This document shows positions 24,586 through 38,000 of a stretch of DNA of 64,000 nt, in pieces. Under the pieces are notes generated by a model. It saw only the letters and a program-made list of their open reading frames with translations, was not told the DNA's origin and ran no database searches. A program made the translations under genes and the position numbers. The DNA comes from Octopus sinensis (taxonomy: Eukaryota): contig NC_043009.1 of assembly GCF_006345805.1 (NCBI RefSeq), positions 25,730,001 through 25,794,000 on the forward strand. The letters are read 5' to 3'. Every line of letters starts with the position of its first letter. The stretch's first letter is position 1.

Positions 24586-24631
<46 letters not shown>

Positions 24632-25141
24632 TAGTCCCTCAACTATTGTGGGGTTTACATCCCCCCCTCCTGCAATAGTTGAGGGATTACTGTGTGTGTG
24701 TGTATATATATATATGTATTTATATCATCATCATCGTTTAACGTCCCCTTTCCATGCTAGCATCGGTTGGGTGATTTGACTGAGGACTAGCAAACCAGTT
24801 GGCTGCACCAAGGCTCCAATCTTGATCTGGCAGAATTTCTAAAGCTGGATGCCCTTCCTAAAGCCAACCACTTTGAGAGTGTAGTGGGTACTTTTTTGTG
24901 CCACTGGCACGAGGACCAATCTAGTGGTACTGGCAATGGCCACGCTCAAATGATATTTTTTACGTGCCATCTGCACATGAGCCAATCCAGCGGCCCTGGC
25001 AACGACCTTGCTCAAATGTTTTTTCACATGCCATCAGCACAAGTGCCAGTAAGACGATGCTGGTAACGATCACACTCAAATGGTGCTTTCTACGTGCCAC
25101 CGGCACAGAAGCCTGTTTGCATATATATATATACATATATC

Positions 25142-25540
25142 GGCGCAGGAGTGGCTGTGTGGTAAGTAGCTTGTTTACCAACCACATGGTTCCGGGTTCA
25201 GTCCCACTGCGTGGCACCTTGGGCAAGTGTCTTCTACTATCGTCTCGGGCTGACCAAAGCCTTGTGAGCGGATTTGGTAAACAGAAACTGAAAGAAGCCC
25301 GTCGTATATATGTGTGTGTATATATATATATATATATATGCGTGTCTGTGTTGGTCCCACTAGCATTGCTTGACAACCAATGCTGGTGTGTTTATGTCCC
25401 CGTTACTTAGTGGTTCGGCAAAAGAGACCGATAGAATAAGTACTGGGCTTACAAAAGAATAAGTCCCGGGGTCGAGTTACTCGATTAAAGGCGGTGCTCC
25501 AGCATGGCCGCAGTCAAATGACTGAAACAAGTAAAAAAAA
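25142..25540 (+). mobile_element. SINE family A copy
   Basis: Near-identical to 23309-23698. Confidence 0.88.
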
Positions 25541-25549
25541 GAGTATATC

Positions 25550-25629
<80 letters not shown>

Positions 25630-25960
25630 AACTTTCATTATAATAGTGTAGAAACAATTTAAGTATTCATACACAAAAGAGGTGACCTTTAACAAGAAAC
25701 CTTAATGCTAGAAAGGGCAGTCAAAACCCAAACCACAAATAAAAGCAATTTTATTTGTGGTTTGGGTTTTGACTGCTCTTCCTAGCATGTAAGGTGTTCT
25801 GTCAAAGGTCACCTTTTTCGTATATAAATACTTAGATTGTTTGTAGACTATGAGAATGAAAATATGTTGACTATTGACTTTATTATGCATGCCAGCCACT
25901 GGCATGAAAATTTTTCTAAATTTTTTACCCTTATTATTTTCACAGTATATATATATATTA

Positions 25961-26325
25961 TGGAGGCGCAATGGCCCAGTGATTAGCACAGCGGACTCGT
26001 GGTCATAGGATCGCGGTTTCGATTCCCAGACCGGGCGTTGTGAGTGTTTATTGAGCGAAAACACCTAAAGCTCCACGCGGCTCCGGCAGGGGATGGTGGT
26101 GATCCCTGCTGTACTCTTTCACCACAACTTTCTCTCACTCTTACTTCCTGTTTCTGTTGTACCTGTATTTCAAAGGGCTGGCCTTGTCACTCTCTGTGTC
26201 ATGCTGAATATCCCCGAGAACTACGTTAAGGGTACACGTGTCTGTGGAGTGTTCAGCCACTTACACGTTAATTTCATGAGCAGGCTGTTCCGTTGATTCG
26301 GATCAACCAGAACCCTCGTTGTCGT
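25961..26325 (+). mobile_element. tRNA-derived SINE family D
   Basis: TGGAGGCGCAATGGCCCAGTG...GGTTTCGATTCCC head; related copies at 12410-12745, 26349-26645, 29387-29647, 51790-52040 (+) and 28176-28560, 30445-30740, 44085-44425, 47048-47356, 54440-54730 (-). Confidence 0.85.
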
Positions 26326-26748
26326 ATATTATATATATTATATATATGTGAAGGTGTATGGCTTAGTGGTCAGGGTGTCGCACTCACAGTTGCGAGATTG
26401 TGGATTTGATTCCCAGACCGTGCATTGTGTTCTTCAGTAAATTACATCATTTCACACTACTCTGCGATAATTTCGTTATCTGACGTGTGGCACCCAGTTG
26501 CACCTGTACAGGTAATGTCAATCTGATGGAGGGAGTGAGCTTATATGTACACAAACATTTGATCTCTATAAACAAATCATCTGTGTGGTTGTTCAGCAAA
26601 TAAGTGCCGAACCTTCATGCATCGTCTAACAACAGGAGAGTCCATGATGAAATATGTATGTATATATATATATAATAATATGAGGGAATATTATTCCAAA
26701 CTTACAGGGAAAAATTCAATTTAGAAATACTAAATCAAATTTCACAAA

Positions 26749-26787
<39 letters not shown>

Positions 26788-26912
26788 TAAATGTGTATAG
26801 TGTGTGTTTGTGGGCAAAAGTTATCTTTGTCTATGTTTGTTGCTTCTGTTTATGCATGTTGCGTGTATGTGTATATATTGTCTGTGTTCGGGTATCATGT
26901 GCTTGTGTGGGT

Positions 26913-26947
<35 letters not shown>

Positions 26948-27121
26948 ATAAATATTAGGGAATAAATCCAAATTTACAGGGAAAAATCAGATTTAGGATT
27001 AAATCCAATTTTATAGTAAAATATTATATAATATAATTCGAGACAAAACCACTATTTTGCAAAACAAACAAGGAAAGACTTAATCAATACATAAAAAATT
27101 TTAATATAAAGAAATAAACCG

Positions 27122-27164
27122 CCACTACAATCGTTTCATGTCTTCAATGACATTCGTCAGGTGG
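27122..27164 (-). ncRNA. Minimal type I hammerhead ribozyme motif
   Basis: Minus strand CCAC-CUGACGA-AUGUC(AUUGAA)GACAU-GAAA-C(GAUU)G-UA-GUGG: full core, 4-bp stem I, 5-bp stem II, self-complementary stem III. Confidence 0.75.
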
Positions 27165-27491
27165 ATTTTCGATCTCCTAATCTGTTTTAATTTATATATA
27201 TAAGGGACAGGACCAAGTGGTTAAGGTGTTGCAGTTGTGATCACAAGAACATGGTTTCAATTCTTATGCTGCTAATGTCACTCCTGTCCATTTAGATAAA
27301 TGTGTAACCCTGCAACAGACCAGTGTCCCCTTTCGTGGGGGGGGGAGTCTGCCTGCCTGCTTAGCCCGTGAGATGGCATCATTCGAAAGCTACAACAATG
27401 CAAAGAAGCACATTGTGAGCAGCGATTTATAACATCTGATAATCTGACCGATACAGTGATTTAATGTTTATATGTTTATCTGTCTTTGTAG

Positions 27492-27852
27492 CATGTATCA
27501 AATACGATCCAGTTCCATTGTTTGGATGTCATGGAAAGAAAAGATCAACAGATGTATTCATTCTAAAAGAAAACCTCGGTGGCGTTGCATCACCGAAAGG
27601 TAATTTAAATCCATGCGCTAAAGAATTCAAGCCATCTGCTATGCCAGCATCACTGTATGCCAGTATAGCAGCAACTCAACCAGCTTTGAAACCAAAAGCC
27701 GGTCAGAAAAAGAAGAACAACAGCAGTAGTGTCACAGCTCAAACCAAATCTGACGAAGTTCTTCGGAAGCGAATTCAATTGCTGTTGCAAACAAAAAAAA
27801 TTATTATTTTGATGCGTGGATGTCCTGGGAGCGGAAAGTCTACGTTAGCAAA
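27492..27852 (+). CDS. N4BP2: N4BP2-like exon: PAM2 motif and Walker A
   Basis: ctttgtag acceptor; NLNPCAKEFKP and IIILMRGCPGSGKSTLAK; donor gtaagt, phase 2. Confidence 0.9.
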
Positions 27853-30734
27853 GTAAGTTGTCAAACATTGTCATCGTTTACCCGTAACAACCACCGTGAT
27901 AGCTTTTCATTGCATGTTGTCATGATTAATACTCTTTCTCATTATCGTTAGTTCTAGTAATCTTTTTTTTTAATATAACTTGGCAAAAGTCAGTGTAATT
28001 TTATTTTTAAAAAATCCATTTCATACTCTGATCTGACTGTTCCATTTTTCTTGAATTAATAAGATACATTAAAATGTTGTTTTGAAATGCACAAGATATT
28101 TTTTCATATGTTATAGAAAATGGATTGAGTAAACATTTTATATTGTATCATTTGGTGGAAGAATATATATATATATGGTGGCACTCCATCAGTTACGACG
28201 ACGAGGGTTCCAGTTGATCCGATCAATGGAACAGCCTGCTTTTGAAATTAACATGCAAGTTGCTGAGTACTCCTCAGACGCGTGTACCCTTAACGTAGTT
28301 CTCGGGGAGATTCAGCGTAACACAGAGTGTGACAAGGCTGGCCCTTTGAAATACAGGAACAGCAGAAGCAGAAAGAAAGAGTGAGAGAAAGCTGTGGTGA
28401 AAGAGTACAGCAGGGTTCACCACCACCCACTGCCAGAGCCTCATGGAGCTTTTGGTGTTTTCGCTCAATAAACATTCACAATGCCTGGTCTAGGAATCAA
28501 AACTGCGATCCTACAACCGTGAGTCTTTTGCCCTACCCACTGGGCCATTGCGCCTCCACAAATTATATATATAATTTCAGGAGTATATACAGAAAATAAT
28601 GAAGACAAATTTCATCTTTTTTCAGACACATCTGTATATTTCTGAGATTCCACTAATGTAAATAGAACAAGGGAAAGAAAGTGTATCTTTGAAGGGAGAA
28701 TTTTAGAACTTGATAAAGAGAACTGATGAGGGAGAGAAAAAGACAGTGTGGGAGAATGAAGAAAAGAGAAAGAAGACATAAGTCAAACTATGACTGGCCT
28801 TAAATCTCTTTTATTGTTCTTTTTCCATTTCTTTTTTGTTTTTGTTCTTATTTATTTGAAATTACATTTCAGAAAGCTTCTAGAATGTTTACCAAAGAAT
28901 AAAACAGCAGCCATTTTGTCTACAGATGACTATTTTAAAGATAATCGCAACAATTACTGTTTTTATGTTGAGCGATTATCAGATGCTCATGCCTGGAACC
29001 AGCAGAGAGGTAAATAAAAATATTTCCTCTAGTCTGTGTGTCTGTCTCTCTTTTTTCATTGTTGTATTCCTATTTATGTATGTCTGCCTGTTTATTTATC
29101 TCTCTCACTTGAACCCCCATCAAGCAGGTGTAAACTCCAGCAAGCCAAGTTTGTGAGTCTGTTTTGATTCTCAGTAAGAGAGATGTCTAACTCCATTTAT
29201 GTTACCGATTTACTTAACAAGAAACACCATCATTTCATCTGCTTGAAGATCATGAAAGGGCAAAAGAGCCTAGTCTATAACAGACCAGATTGTTGACCCC
29301 TTGTATGCATTTTAACCCTTTAGCATTGAAACCAGCCATATCCGACCCAGATATTCTACTTGTTTTATGTTGAAGCTATCCAGCTCAAGTGGAGGCGCAT
29401 GGCTTAGTGGTTAAGGTGGCAGCATCACGATCATAAGATTGCGGTTTCGATTCCTGGACTGGGCGACGCGTTGTGTTCTTGAGCAAATCACTTCATTTCA
29501 CGTTGCTCCAGTCTACCCAGCTGGCAAAAATGAGTAACGCTGCGATGGACTGGTTCCCATCCAGCTGGGGAACACATACGCCATTGAAGCCGGGAAACCG
29601 GGCCCATGAGCCTGGCTAGGCTTTAAAAGGGCGCATTTATTTTTATTTATCCAGCTCCGACCTCTCACACCTACCCTATTATGTACATTTAAAAGTAAGC
29701 AATCACCTCTTCAAAATCTCTAAAATACAAGGTAGTTCATGATTAATTTTTAAAAAGGGAATAAATAAGCATCAGATTTGACAGAGTAATGTGAATGCTG
29801 AAAGGTTAATGTATCTCTGTACGTTTTGTGACATTTTTTCCTAGTTCACTTCTCATCTGTAAATTGCTGGAACATTTTGAATGCATTAGGTAGATGATAG
29901 ATAGGTTGTCTGTCATCATTTGTTATGTGATTGTTTATTTGTTCACTTGGGGCTAGCTGTCATTATTCTCTTTCTCTCTCTAAATATCACCATCATCATC
30001 CTTTAATGTCCGCTTTCCATGGTGTCATGGGTTGGATGATTTGACTGAGAATTGGTGAACCAGATGGCTGCACCAGGCTCCAATCTGATCTGGCAGAGTT
30101 TCTACTGCTGGATGCCCTTCCTAACGCCAACCACTTCGAGAGTGTAGTGGGTGCTTTTATGTGCCATCTGCACGAGGGCCAGTCTGGCGGTACTGGCAAA
30201 GGCCACGCTCTAAATGGTGTTTTTTATGTGCCACCTGCACAGGAGTCAGTCCAGCAACACTGGCAACGACCTCACTCGAATGTTTTGTTCACATGCCACC
30301 CGCATAAGCGCCAGTAAGGTGACGCTGGTAACGATCACGCTCAAATGGTGGTTTTTACGTGTCCACCAGCACGTAAATATGTAGACAGAAACTGAAAGAA
30401 ACCTGTTGTATGTATGTATGTATGTGTGTGTGTGTATATATATATCACGTGATCATGTGACCGACCAGTCCATCAGATGTAGTTACACATCGCTCGTCAC
30501 AATGTGTTCGCATTGTTTTAGCCTTTGAATGACGCCACCCCGCTGGCTAAGCGAGCAGGCCAACAGAAGAAAGAGTGGTGAAAGAGTACAGCAGGGATCA
30601 CCACCCCCTGCCGGAGCCTCGTGGAGCTTTTAGGTGTTTTCGCTCAATAAACACTCACAATGCCCGGTCTGGGAATTGAAACTGCGATCCTACGACTGCA
30701 AGTCCGCTGCCCTAACCACTGGGCCATTGTGCTC

Positions 30735-30792
<58 letters not shown>

Positions 30793-33107
30793 CACACACA
30801 CACACACATACATACATACTTTTTTTTATATTAAAGCTGCAGAAACATCTCAAAAAACTGTTTCACATTTCCATTTGTCAGAATCCAGTCTTGATCAGAT
30901 TTGTCTGATGAACGGAAATGTGAAACTCTGAGTAACAATTTTTTGTGATGTTTTTGCAGCTTTAATAAAAAGCAAATCACTCTGCCTTTGGTATTCGAGT
31001 ACTATTTCTTTTCCTCACCTTGTATTGCATTTATATGCTTACTCATGCATGTATGTGTGTGTGTTTGTTTTTGATATCCTGTGGTATTTGTAACTGTTGT
31101 AAATGATTGTCACTATCATACAAAATGTGTCACTCATTTCCAATATTCTGCAAAATCATGTCTGGGTGCGGAGAAATTGGAAAGAGGTGTGGGCTGGTGA
31201 CAGGAAAGGTATTGCAGCTGTAGAAAATCTACCTCAAACTGTCTCGCCCATGCAAGTTTGGAAAAGTGGACTTTAAAATAATGATCACACACATAAAATT
31301 TATTGAATGCCTTTATTAACCAACTTGTCATCTTCTATTGAAAGAACTGAACAGCTGTATAGATGTAAACACAATTTTTTCTTCTTCCTTCTTTCTTTCC
31401 TTCTCTTTTCCATTGACATTCCTTTCAGATACACAGGCACACACACACAGACACACAAAACAAATGCACTCTCTCTCTCTCACTGGACAAAGGTGATGAT
31501 GATAATAAATCCAGACAACTTTTTGAAAAATAACTTTTAATCAAGACCCCCCCCCCCCTCACATTGAGTAGCCACCTGGTTTTGCCCTTTTTAAAGGCCA
31601 AGAATCAACTCATCACTTTCTATTGAAAGAACTGACCAGCTGTATAGATGTTTCTTCTTTCTCTCTTCCTTCTTTCTTTCTCTTTTCCATTGACACTTCT
31701 TTCAGATACACACACACACACACTCTCTCTCTCTCTCCCCATTCCTCACCCTCTTTTACTATCCTATATCTCTCTCCACCCCTACACACTCAATAATACT
31801 ATAAAAAGAGACAAATCCTCCCAAACAAATTCAAATCTGGAGATTCTACCAGAGTAGATGCAAGCGCTAATATATGATTTATAAAAACATGTGACATATT
31901 AAAAATCTGTAAATGTACAACCATCCAGATTTCTGAGTACCTAATTTTTTGTAATATATATATATATATATATAATATATATATATATATGCACACACTA
32001 TATATACACATGATATATATATATATATATATATACATGATGGAAAACTAGCTCAGTAAGGCAGGACGCTACTCCCTGAGAACCCTTTCAGAGCCCCCTA
32101 CCTACATACACAAAGGTGCTAAATTTTAGGGAAAAGAAGGAAGAAATATAACACTGTCCTTAACCGTTTAGCATTTAAACTGGCCAGATCCAGCCTCTCA
32201 CACTTACCTTACATTAAGAAATAATCATCAAAAAATAAACAATCATGTCTTTGAAATCTCACGGCTACATGGTAACACATGGCTAATTCAAATCAATTCT
32301 TTTTCTTGTTTTAGTCCTTTGACTGTGGCCATGCTAGAGCACTGCCTTTAGTTGAACAAATTGACCCCCAGGACATGTTCTTTGTAAGCCTAGTGCTTAT
32401 TCTATTGGTCTCTTTTGCTGAACCGCTAAGGTATGGGGATGTAAACACACCAACATCTGTTGTCAAGTGACGGTGGGGGACAAACACAAACACACACACA
32501 CACGCACATATATGATAGATTTCTTTTAGTTTCCATCTACTAAATCTACTCACAAGGCTGTGGTTGGCCTGAGGCTATAATAGAAGACACTTGCGCAAGG
32601 TACCCTGCAGTGGGACTGAATCTGGAACCATTTCGTTGGGAAGCAAGCTTCTTACCACACAGCCATGCCTGTGAATAAATAAACATTACATTTCACAGAA
32701 ATCTGTATGCCAAAGTGTTAATGCCATTCCCAGTGACATTAACATAACAAATAGAGAGAGAAAAATTCAAAACTATAAACTAAAAACAGACTGCCCTTTT
32801 GGTTTCTAAAATACTCATTTCTTGTTCTGTGAACTCTTCAATTTATCTTCTTGATGCCTTGCTGATATTAATGATGTGTTTCTAATCCCTGGACTTTTCA
32901 ACAGCCCTAAATGCAATGAAAGAGGGAACAGATTTGGTTATTATCGACAACACAAATTTGACCTTATGGGAAATGGAACCCTATGCTAATTATGTGAGTA
33001 TAAATATAATTAGTGCTAATTTTTTTGATGTTTTTTTCTTTTTCTTTGTGAATGTTAAATTGGGTGACCACATGTTGCTGTTAGTTCTCTTTCTCTTTGT
33101 ATGTATG

Positions 33108-33139
<32 letters not shown>

Positions 33140-33208
33140 TGTATGTGTATGTATGTATGTATGTAGTATGTATGTATGTATGTATGTATGTATGTATGTA
33201 TGTATGTA

Positions 33209-33246
<38 letters not shown>

Positions 33247-35027
33247 TGTATATGTAAATATAGGAATGTGTGTGTATATGTATATATTTATATATAGTGA
33301 TTAGACTGCAGTCATGCTGGGGCACTGCCGAGATGAACACCAGGAATCCTAAATAGTAGACCACATTTATATATATAAGATTTACACACATGCATATATA
33401 CATATTTATTTGTATGTATATATGTCATCATCATCATCATCGTTTAACGTCTGCCTTCCATGCTAGCATGGGTTGGATGATTTGACTGTGGACTGGCGAA
33501 CCAGATGGCTGCACTAGGCTCCAATCTGATCTGGCAGAGTTTCTACAGCTGGATGCTCTTCTTAACACCAACCACTCTGAGAGTGTGGTGGGTGCTTTTA
33601 CGTGCCACTGGCATGACGGCCAGTCAGGTGGTACTGGTAACGGCTATGCTCAAATGGTGTTTTTTATGTGCCACCTGCACAGGAGCCAGTTCAGCAGCAC
33701 TGGCAATGACCTCGCTCGAATGTCTTTTCACATGCCACGGCATTTTTACGTGCCACCGACACGGAAGCCAGTAAGCTACTCTGGCAATGATCACACTTGG
33801 ATGGTGCTCTTAGTGCACGGACACCAGTCATCAAATTTGATTTGATTTCAATTTCACTTGCCTCAACAGGTCTTTTCAAGCAGAGTTTAGTGTCCAATAA
33901 AGCAAAGATATGCATAAGTGGGCTGGTTACACCCCTGGCATAGGCCACGGTTTATGGTCTCACTTGGCTTGCTGGGTCTTCCGACGCACTGCATATTTCC
34001 ATAGGTCTCGGTCACTAGTCATTGCCTCAGTGAGGCCTAATGTTCAAAGGTCATGCTTTTGTATGTGGCAGATGCTCAGGAGCAATAAACCCTAAAAAGG
34101 TGCAGAGAACAACTTCTGCCACATTCCAGGGAGTAAAACGAGAAGTAGTTGATAGCCTCCGTTACCTAGGTGACCAAGTCTACCTCTTCCACAGTTTCCC
34201 TCAACTTGCACACCACATCTGATGCTTCTTAGGTCCAACTTTTCTCTCAAGGTACTTACACTCTGTTGAGTATACACACTGACATTACACATCCATATGC
34301 ACACGAGTATACACACTGACATTACACATCCATACTGGCTTCATTCTTTGCGAGCTTATGTACGTCCTCAGCAGTCACGGCCTATTTTCCACTGCCATGT
34401 AGCATGGCTGTTTCTACACATATGTCATACAATCTACCTTTTACTATGAACGAAAGGCCTTTTGTCACCAGCAGAGGTAAGAGCTCTCTGAACTTTGCCC
34501 AGAGTGCACTGTCCCCTGCTACTGACTTGGTCACCTAGGTAACGGAGGCTATCAACTACTTCTCGTTTTACTCCCTGGAATGTGGCAGAAGTTGTTCTCT
34601 GCACCTTTTTAGGGTTTATTGCTCCTGAGCATCTGCCACATACAAAAACTATCTTCTCAGATAGCCTTCCTTTCATATTGTTGCACCTCTTATGTGTCCA
34701 TAGTTTACACTGGGTACATCTTATAGAGTTTCTACCTATGCCTTTTCTACAAATTGAGCAGGGCCATCTACCTGAAGAGATTTGTGGTTTGTTATATGTG
34801 TGTATGTATAAATGTGTGTGTGTATATATATATGTGTGTGTGTGTGTGTGTATATATAAATATAAATCAAAATGAGGGTGAAAAAGTGGATATTAATTTG
34901 ATAACATCAATTTTAACACCAGTAGTCTAGCATATAAAAAACTGAGATTCAGTAAATAGTATTACACACATAAATATAAGAGGGAATTTTTTACCACTAG
35001 TGGTAAAAAAATTCCCTCTTATATTTA

Positions 35028-35072
<45 letters not shown>

Positions 35073-38000
35073 GTTTCCACTTTGCAGGGTGGTTGGTGTT
35101 AGGAAAGATATCCAGCTGTAAAAGTTATGCTAAAACAAACACTGAAGCATGGAAAGCAGACGTTAAACGATGATGATGAAGAAGATGTGTGTGTGTGTGT
35201 GTGTATAAACTTCGTCTATTTATGATGAGGCACATGGTTTTTCTTGAACATTGTTATGGGACAAAAACAGTGACCCAAATGGTAAAATGTTATCAATTAA
35301 TTTATAATTCTTTCAAATTGTCAGGCAAAAGAAAATGGTTATTTTCTTGAAATTGTGGAGCCTAACACAGCATGGAAATTCAAAGCCCGAAAACTAGCTG
35401 CGTAAGTATTTAGAATTATTACATTCAACTTCCCTTTTTCAATATTTGTTTACTATTGTATGTAGAATATTGCTGACAGTTAATTTTCAAGCTGCTGGGA
35501 TTGATGAAATAATTAGCGTTAAAACCTGACTAATTCTTTTGATGCCAAGCCACCTGAGACTGCTTTTGGTCCTATTTACTCTTTACTCTTTTACTTGTTT
35601 CAGTCATTTGACTGTGGCCTTGCTGGAGCACTGCCTTTAGTCAACCAAATCAACCCCAGGATTTATTCTTTGTAAGCCTAGTACTTATTCTATCTGTCAT
35701 TTTTGGCGAACTGCTAAGTTACAGGAATGTAAACACACCAGCACCTGTTGTCTGTTGTCAAGAGGTGTTGGGGGGACAAACACAGACACACACACACATA
35801 TATATATATACACACATATATACAACGGGCTTCTTTCAGTTTCCGTCTACCAAATCCACTCACAAGGCTTTGGTCGGTCCGAGGCTATAGTAGAAGACAC
35901 TTGCCCAAGGTGCCACACTGTGGGACTAAACCCAGAGCCATGTGGTTCGTTAGCAAGCTACTCACCACACAGCCACTCCTATACCTCTTATATAAGCTTC
36001 CTGTCTAAAGTGATCTTAATTAAAACCTTCCACAAAAATTTCATGTTAATTTATGTTCCAAACACCATTTTAATAACAACTATTTTTTGTTTTTAGTAAA
36101 TTTGTCATTTTCAAAATAAATTGAAACAAAAGGGGTTAAAGTAATCGAAATTAAAATCTTCCATCAAGATTTTGTATCACTTTATGTACCAAACACCAGC
36201 TTAATAATGACCATTATTGTTTAAAATTTCTGAATGAAGTGAGAAACATCTGTTGCAATAGAATGGCCATCTGTATCATGTAGATGGCTTAAAGTTGCCA
36301 TAACGATTGTCAGGTTGTAATGAAAGTGCTTTTTAATAGTTGAGCAGATATTGTTAAACAAGATTTAATATAGCTATATCTCTATTTTGATGCTTAATCA
36401 CATCCACATAAGTCAGCCACTACTTTTACTAACATTATATAAAAACATTATACATGGACACCGCTCCAGGCTGATCATTTATCATCTAACAAAAGACACA
36501 TTTAGCATATTATGCTTTGAGTTTCATAGAAAGGTCAAAGCAGGTGCAGTAACTATATTGTGGCTATCATTTTTTACCTATAAACCCCATTAACCCTTCT
36601 GTTACCAACCTGGCTGAAACCGGCCTTCGCTCTGAGTACAAATGTCTTGTCTTCATAAATTTTGAATTAAAATCTTCCGCCAAACCTTAGTCACAATTTA
36701 TGTTCCTAACACTAGCTGAATGATAACTAAGTTATTTTACTAAATTCTTTGTTATATTTAAAGTACGTGAAAGAAACACAGAGCATCTCAAAATAAATAC
36801 AGTAACACAGTAACAAAAGAGTTAAAAATATATAATAGAGAAACAATTCTTAACCCTTTTAATACCATCCTGGCTGAAGCCGTCTCTGGTTCTGTAGTAC
36901 AAATGTCTTGTTTTCATAAATTTTGAATTAATATCTCCCACCAAACCTTAGTCACAATTTATGTTCCTAACACTAGCTGAATGATAACTAAGTTATTTTA
37001 CTTATTTCTTTGTTGTATTTAAAATTAATTGAAAGAAATGGCATCTCAAAATAAATACAGTAACGAAAGGGTTAACTTGTATAGGTTGAACTATGCAAAA
37101 TGTATGAGAAAGAAATCTAGCTGTGTTTTGTAATAAATACTTCTAAAGCAACATTTTTTCATGGTTCCTTAATATACTATTGTGGGTCCCTAATTTTTTA
37201 TTTTGCTTGCATGGACCCCTAAAAATCTTATATGGATCACAAATGGTCATATGGTACCGGGTTATGAACCACTTACCCAGAGCACTTGTGTGGTTGATGC
37301 AGCTTGTAGGAGATGGGTTCTTTTTTGCCTGTTTCAGAAATGGGAATGGTTTCAGTGAAGCATATGCTAAGAAAGGGTCACTTAAGGCAGCGAGCTGGCA
37401 GAAACATTAGCATGCCGGGCAAAATGCTTAGCGGTATTTCGTCTGCCATTACGTTCTGAGTTCAAATTCCGCCGAGGTCGACTTTGCCTTTCATCCTTTT
37501 GGGGTCGATAAATAAAGTACCAGTTACGCACTGGGGTTGATGTAATTGACTTAATCCGTTTGTGTGTCCTTGTTTGTCCCCTCTATGTTTAGCCCCTAGT
37601 GGGCAATAAAGAAATAAGAAAGGGTCACTTGAGTGGACGTGGCACAGAGGCACTGGAAGCAGGTTTTTTCAGAAAATTTTCCCATTGCAGTTAGTTTTTA
37701 GCCATCATGCAAATAGTGTCCTTCATTTCCAGTCTTCTGTGAGAACATGTTCAGTCATGGAGAAATATTAGCTTAACTGGAAACAGATGAGGGTTAGCAA
37801 CAGGAAGGGCATCCAGCTGTAGAAAATTCACCTCAAAAAATTCTGTCTCACTTATGCAAGCATAGAAAAGTGAATGATAAGTGACTGTGATGATGATGAC
37901 ATAACTTGATTGTTTTTTTTTTTTAAAGTTTTTTAATTAAATTTTTGTTTTTTGTTTTAATTTTGTTCCTGTTTGTTTTGGTTTATTGTTCAGTCGAAAC

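Noticed and set aside
25961-26035. tRNA-like sequences with A/B boxes
   Set aside because: SINE heads continuing into repeat bodies; no complete cloverleaf
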